64,000 bases of DNA, from positions 818-64,817 of the forward strand of contig CAVOHP010000026.1 in the NCBI GenBank assembly GCA_963695715.1, written 5' to 3'. The stretch is from an uncultured Chloroflexia bacterium. GTDB lineage: Bacteria > Chloroflexota > Anaerolineae > CG2-30-64-16. Each line of letters opens with the position of its first letter. Position 1 is the stretch's first letter. A program made the position numbers and the translations under genes. Of this stretch, positions 10,542 through 20,737 are shown piece by piece. A model generated the notes under the pieces. That model worked only from the letters and a program-made list of their open reading frames with translations. It made no database searches and had not been told where the DNA came from.

Positions 10542-11481
10542 TTACTCTCCCCCCTCCGTATCCCCTTCGTAATACACCCAGCGATTACTGGCTTTGAGCT
10601 GGACGAGGGTCATCGCCATGATGATCAGGAAAAGCACCCAGGCCAGCGCAGAGGCATAGCCCATCTTCTGATATTCGAATGCGTTCAGGTAAAGGTGCAT
10701 TACATAGACAAGCGTCGCCGTTCCCGGACCGCCGCGGGTCATCACGTACACGTTCGTGAAAATCTGGAACGATTCGATGATCGAAATGATGATCACGAAG
10801 AACAGGACCGGCGACAGCATGGGGATCGTGATGTTCCGAAATTCAGTCCATTTGCTGGCGCCGTCAATCTTCGCGGCTTCGTAAAGGTGATCCGGGATGC
10901 CCTGAAGGCCGGCCAGGATGATGATCATATTGGCGCCGATGCCCCACAGGCTCATGAAGATGAGCGCCGGCATGGCCCAGGTCTGGCTGTTCAGCCAGAC
11001 CGGGACCTTTGATGCCGATGAGGGAGAGCAGGTAATTGATGATGCCCACCTGCGGGTTGAACATCCAGATCCACATGATGGCGACGGCGACGCCGCTGGT
11101 GACCGAAGGCAGATAAAACAGGGTGCGAAAGATGGAGGTGCCCGGCACCTTCTGATTCAACAGCATCGCGGCCAGGAGCGCGCCCAGCGTGCCCAGGGCG
11201 ACGCTGGCGAACGCATAATAAAAGGTGTTCTTCAAGGCGATCCAGAATAACTTGTCCTGACTTAACATCGTCACGTAGTTCTGGATACCGATGAAGTTTC
11301 GCGTCGTGAGACCCGACCAATCGGTCAGGCTCATGATCATCGAAAAGAGGATGGGTCCGCCCGTGAACAGGAAAAAGCCGATGAGCCAGGGCGCGATGGA
11401 AATGTAGAAATCAATGCTCTCACGCTGGCGCATGCTCAGCTTTCGCTGTTTCACCGGCTGCGTGGCTGTTGATGCTGTCAT
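10542..11481 (-). CDS. carbohydrate ABC transporter permease (MalF-like), one frame change at the G-run 11002-11004
   Basis: ORF 10864..11481 is good to ...LSLIGIKGP. It then continues as VWLNSQTWAMPALIFMSLWGIG...EAAKIDGASKWTEFRNITIPML in ORF 10542..10973. Confidence 0.85.
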
Positions 11482-11508
11482 AGCTTCTCACCTCGTAAGA
11501 GCTGATTC

Positions 11509-11534
11509 GGGAGGGCGGCGTGCGCCGCCCTCCC
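11509..11534 (-). terminator. strong GC hairpin between the binding-protein and permease genes (intercistronic attenuator or stabiliser)
   Basis: GGGAGGGCGGCG (11509-11520) pairs with CGCCGCCCTCCC (11523-11534), a 12-bp perfect stem with a 2-nt gap. Confidence 0.5.
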
Positions 11535-11598
11535 GGCAGCTTGCCCGATGCGCTCACAGGCAGTCGGGCGCATCGGGGCAAGCGACAGACGGCTACGA

Positions 11599-13028
11599 TC
11601 AGCCGCCCTTCATCTTGGCATCCGCGGCCTGGAGGACCGGGGTGCCTTCGGCTCATGATGTTGGCCACGGCCTCATCCACGGTGGCGTCGCCTGTATTGA
11701 TGAGGGCCGTGTTGCGGCTCAAGATATCCGAGATCTCGCCGGCGGCCAGCGTTTGATACGGATGGCCGGTGATCGCATACTGATCCAGGGCATCCAGGAA
11801 ATACTGGGCATGCTCGGGGGCGGTCTCCGAATCCAGGTAGCTCTGGTAAGCAGACTTGCGCGCCGGGCTGCCGCGGCCCGATGCGCCCCACATGTACTCC
11901 ATGCCCTCTTTCGAGAGGTACTCGCGGAGGTAGGTCCAGCATTGATCCGGGAACTTGCTGTCGCGGGTGGTGCCGTAACCGGAACCGAAGGAACCGGTGA
12001 CCTGGGCCTTGCGGGCCCTTGGGCCACGGTGCAACATCCCAGTTGAAGTCACCGAACGTCACCATCTGCGGCACGCCCCAGGTGGCCAGGCCGAACATGG
12101 CGGCGACGCCCGCGATCCAGATGCCGGCGGGGAAGGAGTTCGAGACATCCGGCGCCGGAGCGACCTTATCTTTGTGGATCAAGTCGGCGAAGAACTGCAG
12201 GCCGGCCTTGGCTTCGGCAGAGTCGACGAGGAGCTTGCTCTCGTCTTCGCTGAACACTTCGCCGCCCCATGGGCCAACGAGAGCAATGCCGAGCTCGTTG
12301 CCGAGGCCGACGACGCCGCCGTAGTAGCCGCTGTAGCCCCAGATGGGATCCTTGGTCAGCTTCTTGGCTTTGGCCAGGAAATCGTCCATCGTCCAGTCCG
12401 CCGTCGGATATGGTTCGCCGGCGGCGTCGAAGATGTCCTTGTTGTATCCCATGATCATCGGTCCGTGATCGTAAGGGATCTCATATTGTTTGCCGTTCAA
12501 GGCGTAGAGACGGCGCGCTTCTTCCCAGACGTCTTCGACGTTGAACTCGGGGTCGTTGTCAATGTAGTCCTGGTTCGACATCATGATCCCCTCGTAGTTC
12601 CAGGGGAAAGCACGGCTGCCGTGGACGTAGATGATATCGGGCAGTTCACCGGCGGCGGCCCAGGTGGGCACGGTCTGGTTGTGATCGGCCCAACCGCTGT
12701 TGATCTGCTTGATGAAGATGTCCGGGTGCCTTTCCATGAAGGCAGCATCATACTTGATCTGCACGTCCATGAAGGCAGCTTCCCAGGCATGGGCGACCGT
12801 GAGTACCGCCTGCTCTTGCGAGACGACGACGGTTTCCTTGACGGTCACCTCTTTGGCGACCTCGACCGTCTGTTCGACGATCTTTTCCGTTTCGACCACG
12901 ACGGTCTCTTTGACGACCTGAGGGGCCGCGGCGGGGCCGCGCAGGCGGCGAGCACTGGCGCCGCCTGCGGTCAGGCCGCCAATCCTCAGAAAGTCGCGCC
13001 GCGTGAACTTGCGCGCTTTGTCAGACAT
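11599..13028 (-). CDS. ABC transporter sugar-binding protein (family 1) with a Tat-type signal, 2 frame changes
   Basis: Starts MSDKARKFTRRDFLRIGGLTAGGA at the internal Met of ORF 11673..13079 and is good to ...NWDVAPWPKGPQG (about 12010). It continues in ORF 11420..12052 (VTGSFGSGYGTTRDSKFPDQCWTYLREYLSKEG...DEAVANIM). The last residues, EGTPVLQAADAKMKGG-stop, are in a third frame. Confidence 0.8.
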
Positions 13029-13366
13029 CTCTGATTCTCCTTTGATAGTGCGTGATTGGGGACAGATGTCCCCTGACATTCGACTACATCGTCTTTCTCA
13101 TCAGAAATTCCGAAGACCACCCCCCTTCATGGAACGATGGGCCGATTCGTTACCCGGAGCGTCTTTTTGTGCGACGGTTGCACCGACTGAAGCAGCTTAC
13201 TTATACCGCAACGCTCCAGGAGCTGTCAACTTCCCGAGACTTCCGGGTACCGGCGTGATGCGCAGACGCATAAGCCGGCCCAGACGGATACGGATTCCGC
13301 CAGGATCGGCGGGCAGGGCGACGGCGAGATCATCGCGCCGTTTTGTCTGCCGAATGCAGCGCCGGT

Positions 13367-14651
13367 TCATAGCCCAGCAGGTGACATGTCGGTGTCTGCG
13401 CCGGCGCGGATGGACTTCGATGATGACTTCACCGCTTTGAGGTTGCCGCCAGGATTGTCGGCGTAGACGGAGCCGTCGCCCGCGGTGAAGCGGACGGGCG
13501 CGCCCTGCGTCGTGCGGCCTTCAGCCTGAACCCAGGGTCGAGTATCGAAGAGGCCTGCGCCGTTGACTTCGAGCCACTTGCCCGAAACCAAGCAGAAGCT
13601 CACGCTGGAACGTCGGGAATCGTACCGTCGGCCATCGGTCCGACGTTGAGCAGGAGGTTGCCGTTCTTGCTCACGATATCCACGAAGGTGTGAACCAGGC
13701 GTTCCAGCGAAAGGTACTGTTCCGGCCCTTCGTTCTGGTTGTAGCCGAACGAGAACCCGATACCGCGGGTTGCTTCCCACTTTTTCTCGCTGGCGTCGTA
13801 GGATGTGGCGTATTCGGGCGTGCGAAAATCGTGGTGGTTCAGATTCAAGATGCCCGAAGTGTTCGGGTCGAACTCGAAACGCTGCGTGAAGCGGTCGTTG
13901 ACCAGACCGTCGGGGAAGCGATTGTAGTAGCTCGAGAAAAGGCGAGGCAGGTCGGCCGCAGCAGGGTAGGCGATATCATTCCACAGGACGATCGGGGCGT
14001 ACCGTTCGATGAGCTCATTCCAATGCCCGTCGGCGTATTTGACATAATCTTCGGTCTGCGGGACGCCGGCGAACAGATCGCTGATATCCTTGATGACGAG
14101 ATCGTTGAAGTTCCAGTCGAGTCCGCCGGAATAGTAGAGGGCCATGCGCATGCCGCGCGCGCCGAACTGCTTCGGATAGATCGCCCACCAGGTCGCGCTC
14201 GGCGTGGTAGTCGGGCTTGAAGGGGTTGGGTTGCCGGCTGGGCCACATCAGGAAGCCGTCATGGTGCTTCGTTGTGAGGACGACGTAACGCGCGCCGGCT
14301 GCTTTGAACAGGTCCGCCCACCCTGAAGGATCCCAGTTGCGGACTGCTTCATTGAACATGGGCGCGAAATCATCGTAAGCGAAATCAGGCCCGTAGGTTT
14401 CCACATGATGCTGATGTGTTGGGCTGTCCGGTATCCGCAGAGAGTTCAGGTACCATTCGGCGTACGGGTTGTGGGTGAACCAGGTCTCCCAGCCCACTTT
14501 CTCGACGACCGCGCCAAGCTCGCCGGTCATCGGCGCCCAGGCAGGGACCGAGTAGAGGCCCCAGTGGACGAAGATGCCGAATTTGGCGTTGTGGAACCAG
14601 TCGGGCACGGGGTGCGTGCTGACGGATTGCCCAGGTGGGTTCGTAGGTCAT
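13367..14651 (-). CDS. alpha-L-fucosidase, GH29 (copy 2), at least 3 frame changes
   Basis: MTYEPTW... (frame of 14385..14666), then ORF 14015..14608 (PDWFHNAKFGIFVHWGLYSVPAW, TTKHHDGFLMWPS), then ORF 13600..14151 (LWNDIAYP, LLLNVGPMADGTIP). The tail is in the frame of 13367..13780. Confidence 0.8.
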
Positions 14652-14662
14652 GGTCTTACTCC

Positions 14663-15721
14663 TCATCGCCGGCTCAGTTCTTCATAGACTTCGTTGTAGT
14701 AGAGGCAGCTTTCGACGGGCGTGTTGGGCGGGATGTGGTTGCCGACGGCCATGAAGAAGCCGGGACAGTTGCGGCCCAGGGTCATGCAGCGCTCGACTTC
14801 GGCGCGGATTTCCTCGCGCGTGCCGTTGAGCAGGATGCGCGTGTCGGCGTTGCCGATGATGACGTGGGTCTGGCCGTACTTCTCGACGATGTAGCTCAGA
14901 TCGGTCATCGGCTCGAAGACGAAGCCGCTGACGCCGGTTTCCGCGACGTCGTCAATGAAACGGGTGAAGTTGCCGTCGGACGTGTACATGATCTTCTTAC
15001 CGGCCTCGCGCAGCGGCGCAAGGAGCTTCTTGTAGTTCGGGAAGACGTAGCGCCGGTACCAGGCCGGGCGGAAGATGGCCCCGGAAGCCCAGACCATGTC
15101 GTCGTGCACCATCACTACGGGCACATCCGACTCGGCCAGGGCATCGAAGTATTGCTGAATCCAGGAGGCGTAGCGGTTGGTGAGGTCGCCGAAGCGCTCC
15201 ATGTCCGTGCCCGCGGCGGTCAGCAGCAGATCCCATCCGAACAGGGCGATGAAGCCGGAGATGAGCGTCGGGTAGACGCCGGTCATGTTGACGCCCCAGC
15301 CGTGGCGGGCGCAATTGGCGCGATAGTGCTCCTCGAAGCGCCGGCGGAGGACGGTGGGGTCCTTCGGCCCCAACGTCTCCCAGGAGTCGAAGCTCAAGAC
15401 GTCTTCGGGGGTTTCGTAGGGAGAATAGATCGTGTCGCGACGGTCTACGCCGCCTGCTTCGTATTCGGCATGGCCCATGTCGGTGCCCCAGGGGCCGAAC
15501 TCATCGTGGCCGATGAGGGTGCTCCAGAAGAAGTCGTAGTTCCAGGCGCGCGTGAAGGCGAGGCTCGCCTGTTGTTGGATGGCGCGGTCGGTCTCCACGC
15601 CCACGGGGATGCCGGTGACCGCCGAGATCAGATCCCAGTGGAACTCGGCGGAATATTCGGTGCGCGGGATGCGCGCGGGCATTTCCAGGTTCAGCGCGGC
15701 CCAGCCGTCTTCGTATGACAT
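14663..15721 (-). CDS. uroporphyrinogen-decarboxylase (URO-D) family protein of unknown role
   Basis: Intact 352-aa ORF. Overall layout and the C-terminal ...ADTRILLNGTREEIRAEVERCMTLG...FMAVGNHIPPNTPVES resemble URO-D/MtaA-fold proteins as I remember them. Confidence 0.7.
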   Translation of the reverse strand: MSYEDGWAALNLEMPARIPRTEYSAEFHWDLISAVTGIPVGVETDRAIQQQASLAFTRAWNYDFFWSTLIGHDEFGPWGTDMGHAEYEAGGVDRRDTIYSPYETPEDVLSFDSWETLGPKDPTVLRRRFEEHYRANCARHGWGVNMTGVYPTLISGFIALFGWDLLLTAAGTDMERFGDLTNRYASWIQQYFDALAESDVPVVMVHDDMVWASGAIFRPAWYRRYVFPNYKKLLAPLREAGKKIMYTSDGNFTRFIDDVAETGVSGFVFEPMTDLSYIVEKYGQTHVIIGNADTRILLNGTREEIRAEVERCMTLGRNCPGFFMAVGNHIPPNTPVESCLYYNEVYEELSRR

Positions 15722-15741
15722 GAATCACTCCGTTGTTTTGC

Positions 15742-15852
15742 CACGAATTACACGAATTATACGAATTTCCTTCACATCTGATTGTGCTTCCTCTAAAGCA
15801 CTACGGAGCCCTAGAGGAAGAAAGAGATTCGTGAAAATTCGTGTAATTCGTG
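15742..15852. repeat. intergenic hairpin element, CACGAAT family (long version with a nested inner hairpin)
   Basis: Same 16-bp arms as at 2096-2149 (15742-15757 and 15837-15852). The inner inverted repeat is CTTCCTCTA...TAGAGGAAG. Confidence 0.85.
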
Positions 15853-15860
15853 GCTCGTCC

Positions 15861-17914
15861 TTAGAAGCCGATTTCGAGCATCAGGTGGCCGTTGATTTCC
15901 GGGACGACGAACTTGACGATGTCGTCGCCGTTTTGACGGAAGGGCAGGACACAATGTTGCGGGACGCAATGGATATAGCTCACCGGGCGGTCTACCTTGA
16001 CCTCGATGGCGACATCGTAGAGCGGGATGACGTCTTCGATGACGTCAATGAACTGACTGCGGCGCTCGGGGATGTAGTGCAGCAGGTGTACCACCAGGCG
16101 ATCTTCCGCGGGTTGCGCGTTGAGCGTCGCCCGCAGTGTGCTGGGGCCGTTGTGGCGCACGAGCGGGACGGGCAATAACATCTCCAGCGCGTTGAAGAGC
16201 AGTTGCTTCTCCCAGCGCGGAGCGATGCTGTTGTATTCCGTGAAGATGGGGTTGGCGAAGTAGATCGCACGACCCTTGCGCACCACGGCAGGCGCGCCTT
16301 CTGCGCCGGAGGACGGCGTCTGGCGGTGCGAGCAGAAGTGACGGTAGGTGCGGTCGAAGTAGGGCAGCACCTTGTGCGCCAGCACTTCGGCGGAGGGGTC
16401 GGCTGCAACGTCCATGCCGTGCAGATAGAGGACGTGCTCGGTGGGGGGCAGGCCCGCGCCGATCGCGCCTTCGGGCTGGATGTACTCGACGAAGTCGCCG
16501 CGCATGTAGACCTGGCCGCGCACCAGGTTGCCTTTGCCGTCACGCGGGCCTTCGCCGGCGAGGCTCACGCCCAGCGCGTCGTAGGTGAAGGCGGTTCGAT
16601 CTGCGTTCATGCCGGAGGCGAACGATGCGATCAGCCCGCCGCCCGCTTCCAGGTAGGCGTCCAGCTTGGCTCGCGAAGTCCGCGGATACGGGTATCTCGT
16701 CGGGCAGGATGAGGACTTTATAGCGGCTGAGGTCGGCCTGTGAGTCAATGATGTCGAACTGGTACGCGCCTTCTTCGAGCATCCGCGTGGCGCCCATGAT
16801 CGAGGCGGGCATGTCGCCGTGACCGCTATGATAGGTGTACTCCTCCGGGGTGAAGACGCCGATTTCCGTGACCGGTTGCGCCCCTTTGCACCACGGCTCC
16901 TTGCGCGCCACTTCGGAGTAGACCGATCCGATGAGGTCGTAGACGTAAGGGTCTATCTTGCCGCTCGGGTGAAGCTGGTCGCCGATGGAGCATTTGGCGT
17001 TGAGGGCCAGCATGTTGAAGCACTCGAAGGCAAGGGCGGGCTGGTTCTTGAAGGAGTGGAAGTCGCCCCAGGAGGTGTGGAACTTGCCGGTCATGCCCAT
17101 GCTGTCGGGCCCGAGGGTGCGAGCGTAGCGCTGCGCGATGGGGAAATGCAGATAGCCCCAGCCGCCGCTGGGCAGCGATTCCAACTCCCAATGGGTGTAG
17201 GCGTCCATCACCGCGCGGTGGCGCGCGCCGATGTGCCCGGCGTTGTAGAAGATGGTGCAGTCATCGTTGAACTGGCGCACGAAGCGGGTCATCTCCAGCT
17301 TGAAGCGGTTGAGCGAGGCCAGGCCATAACGCCGGCGCACGTCAATGTCACTGGGGTCGAGGCCCTCGGCTTCCATGCCGGCGCGGCAGATATTTGCAGG
17401 CGCAGGGGATGGGGCGGACGATATCGAAGAAGATGCCGTCGGTGGGCAGTGATTCCAACACCTCTTGCGTGTGCGGCTTGAGGAACTCCTCGACGTAGGG
17501 AGAGTTGACGCACATTTCCTGATAGAAGCCCGCTTCGAACGGCGGCGTGCCGATGATCTTGCCGTCGCCGTCAATGCAGACCCATTCGGGGTGCTGCTGG
17601 GCGGTGAAATAATCCCACTGGACGGTGATGTAGATCGGCACGCGGATATCACGCGCGTGGCACGCCTCGATCTGCTCCTTGAGGAGGTTGAGATTGGCGC
17701 CCAGGTGGGGGTGGCGGCGTTCAGGGAAGAGCTTCGTGTCGTAGTAGATCATGCCGTGATGGCCGCGCGCGAAGCAGGTGATCGAGTCTACGCTGGCTTT
17801 GGCCAGTGTGTCGGCGAACTCACGCGGGTTGAAGTCGGCGCCGATGCCTTCGATCTGCTCGCTGGTGTGGAAGTCCAGATGGATCTGGCGGAAACGAAGT
17901 TCTGGATGGCTCAC
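15861..17914 (-). CDS. GHL6-type putative glycoside hydrolase with a beta-galactosidase-trimerisation-like C-terminal part, 2 frame changes
   Basis: GTG at 17914 (AGGGAG RBS) gives SHPELRFRQIHLDFHTSE. ORF 17348..17953 joins ORF 16540..17652 at about 17400, which joins ORF 15861..16748 at about 16700. An alternative start is at 17953. Confidence 0.65.
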
Positions 17915-17949
17915 TGTGACGGTCTCCCTTTGAGATTGAATCAGATTTA

Positions 17950-18015
17950 CCACGAAGGAACGAAGTTTTGAACTTCTTCTGAAGAAGCGCTTCGTGTCTT
18001 CGTTTCTTGGTGGTG
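17950..18015. repeat. intergenic imperfect hairpin, CACGAAG family
   Basis: CCACGAAGGAACGAAG...CTTCGTGTCTTCGTTTCTTGGTGGTG. The right arm is the reverse complement of the 4263-4289 motif with 2 differences. Confidence 0.7.
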
Positions 18016-18024
18016 AGTCTCTGG

Positions 18025-18845
18025 TTAGTAGCCGCGCAGGTTGGTGCTGGCGCGGCGGGGCAGGCCCTCCCTGGGGGCGCGATGGAGTACGACGTATTCG
18101 ATATCGTTGGCCTCACAAAAGGCGCGTTTTTCCGGTTTGTCGCCGTCTTCGTTCACGGCATACATGTGGGGCCGGATGCGCGCGATCTCCGGTTCGGCGT
18201 CGAGCCAACCGTCGCCGGAGGAGATGAGCGCCTGCGTCACGTAGCGGATCGAGCCGGCCATGTAGCGCCGCAGGCCTTCCGGGAAGAGCGGGTGGCCCTC
18301 GCCCTTGAGCAGGCGAACGTTGGCGTCATGCCCGACGATGACGTAGAGGTCGCCCAACTGGGAAACTTCCTCGAAGAAACGCACGTGGCCGGAATGGAGC
18401 CAATCGTAGCAGCCGGTGACGATCACTCGTCTGTGGCCGGGATGGGCGACCGTCTCGGTGGGGCCGGGCGGAAAACCGGCCAGCTCAGCTTGACTGAACA
18501 CCCGATACTCTACACCCTGACGGCAAGAATTTTCACGTTTGGCGGGGACATCATCCTCGATTGGCACCGCCCAGATGTCAGGATGCAGGCCGGGGAGCGC
18601 CGGGAGCGTCGTTGGGGTCGCTGACGTTGGAGAGTACGGTCACGCCGTCAACGTAGCGGATGGCCTCCAGCAGATAACGGCGCTCGGCCAGCGGGAATTT
18701 CGGCGACCGGCCCGTGACCGTCTGTACTGTGGCATCATCCCACAGGGCGACGTGGAGACGGCCCATCATCGCAGGCCTCCTCCAGGAAGCGCATCTGGGG
18801 GAAGCGCAGATCGTCGAAGCCGCCGGTCGCGAGGACGTCCGTCAT
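18025..18845 (-). CDS. tandem cytidylyltransferase-like (HxGH nucleotidyltransferase) protein, 2 frame changes
   Basis: MTDVLATGGFDDLRFPQMRFLEEA (tail of ORF 18735..19733), then MMGRLHVALWDD...RYVDGVTVL (ORF 18578..18769), then ORF 18025..18567 with an intact second domain VTGCYDWLHSGHVRFFEE...IRYV. Shifts at about 18775 and at the G4 run 18592-18595. Confidence 0.7.
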
Positions 18846-19637
18846 ATGCGCACCTTCACTTGAAATGCGCCCGGGACCGGCTGCTTCTGAGACGACGAAG
18901 ATGTAGCCGCCGCCGCAGCCCGAGTACATCGCGCCGGGATAGCACGATTGATAGTGGCGCAGGAGCGCCATCAGATCGAGCCGGATGGTGTTGTGGCGGA
19001 CGGTGTTGGGCAGGATGGCTTCCCAGCATTCCATGCAATCGTTCATCGAGCGGCCCAGCGCGATGATATCCCGCGCCAGGATGGCGTCATAACATTCCAC
19101 GCCGGTCTGGCCGAGGCGATGAATCCAGGACGGGTCAAGGTTCTTTTCTTCCAGCGGATTGTAGCCGGGCGGGCGCGGCGCGACGGGCAGGATGTAGAAG
19201 ATGCTCTCCAGCCAGCGCGCGATTTGCGGGTCACGGCACGATTCGATGTGGCGCGGGAAGTAGCCGCCTTCCCACGCGGCGTCGTAGTCGAGGCGGCTGA
19301 TGCCCGGATAGATCAGGCCGATCATGTCTTGCGAACCGGATGGCTCCGGCAGGTTGCGGTTTTCTTCGGCATAGAGCTCGCGCACCAGTTGCGCGGGGTC
19401 GCGTTCGGGCAGGCGATGGCCCCACAACCGCAGGGCCACGCTCCGCGTGCCGCCGGCCATGCCGCAACGATCCATGAAACGGAACTCCGGCTCCAGCGCG
19501 ACGACGACCATCGAGCCCGGCGGCTCGGGGTTGAGCCGCGAGACGAAGGGCTGATCTATCCAGCCGCCGGCCAGCGCCATGCGGAACGGGATTTCGCCGA
19601 TCACATCGGTGATGCGGGATTCGGAGACAATTTGCAC
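18842..19637 (-). CDS. GHMP-kinase-superfamily protein (fucokinase/HddA-like ends, atypical middle motif), one frame change near the 3' end
   Basis: ORF 18735..19733: FRMALAGGWIDQPF (GHMP motif I-like), GMAGGTRS (weak motif II), GAMYSGCGGGYIFVV (motif III). Likely GTG start at 19637. The alternative frame VPGAFQVKVRI-stop ends in an ATGA overlap with the next gene. Confidence 0.55.
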
Positions 19638-19650
19638 GGGCAGTGATCTC

Positions 19651-20720
19651 TCAGGCCGGTTCGGCGACGACATCTTCGCGCACGACGGCCTCGCCGGCCT
19701 TGCGCGCGTGATATTGCTGCTCGATCCAGGCATAGGTTTTGGTCAGGCCATCGTAAAGCGACGTGCTCGGCTCCCAATCCAGCACGGAGCGGATGAAGGT
19801 GTTATCGCTGTTGCGCCCGGCGACGCCCTTGGGGGCATCCAGGATGTAGTTGCGTTGCAGCTTGACGCCGGCGATTTCTTCGATGGTGTCTACCAGTTGG
19901 TTGATCGAGACCATCTCGGCGCTGCCCAGGTTGGTCGGCGTTGCGATTGAGTTTGTCGCAGTGCGTGATCATATCAATGCCGTAGACGCAATCGTCAATG
20001 TACATGAAGCTGCGGGTCTGCTCGCCGTCGCCCCAGATGTCGATTCTTCAGGTCGCCGGTGTCTTTGGCCTCGATGACCTTGCGACTGAGGGCGGCCGGG
20101 GCTTTTTCGCGGCCGCCGTACCAGGTGCCCCAGGGGCCGTAGACGTTGTGGAAGCGGGCGATCCCGGTTTTGAGGCCGCGCTCGGCGGTGTATTCCTGGC
20201 AGAACATCTCGGAGATCAGCTTCTCCCAGCCGTAGCCGCGTTCGGCCATCGCCGGGTAGGCATCCGACTCTTTCAGGGCGCGCACGTTGGGGTCTTTTTG
20301 CAGGTCGGTGTTGTAGGCGCACGCGGAGGAGGAGAAGAAATAGCGTCGCGCGCCGGCGCGATAGGCGGCCTCGATGAGGTGTGTGTTGATCAGGATGCTG
20401 CGCAGGCACTCGATGCGATAGCGTTCGATGAAGCCCATGCCGCCCATGTCGGCGGCGAGGTTGTAGACTTCGACTGCACCCTCGACGGCCTGGATGGCGC
20501 TCTGCTCGTGGCTCAGATCGAGGCAGAGGCTCTCGACGCCGGGGATGCGCTGGTACCACATGGGGAGCGGTTTCTTGTCCACCGCGCGGATGCGGGTGAA
20601 GCCCTGATCGTGGAACCGACGCGCAAGCGCGCCGCCGATGAACCCACCGGCGCCGGCGATCAGAATCAGGTCGTCTTTTCTCAGATCCGGGGAAGTCGCG
20701 GCAATGAGATTGTCTGTCAT
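19651..20720 (-). CDS. GDP-mannose 3,5-epimerase-like extended SDR, 2 frame changes (about 20040 and 19940)
   Basis: MTDNLI...LIAGAGGFIGGAL; ARFHNVYGPWGTWYGGREKAPAALSRK; IDIWGDGEQTRSFMYIDDCVYG; GVAGRNSDNTFIRSVLDWEP. These align closely with the plant GME sequence as I remember it (FHNIYGPFGTWKGGREKAPAAFCRK, RSFTFIDECVEG, GVRGRNSDN). Confidence 0.75.
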
Positions 20721-20737
20721 GAAGTTGACTTCTTGGA

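Noticed and set aside
13030-13366. 337-nt non-coding gap examined for a tRNA, riboswitch or LacI operator
   Set aside because: I could find no cloverleaf-like arms, no copy of the TGTTATGCNTAACA palindrome and no convincing conserved structure. There is only a small GGGGACA..TGTCCCC hairpin at 13058-13073, so I treat it as an ordinary promoter/5' UTR region.
14405-15718. 437-aa + strand ORF
   Set aside because: It is antisense to the intact URO-D-family gene and part of the GH29 gene, with shadow-frame composition.
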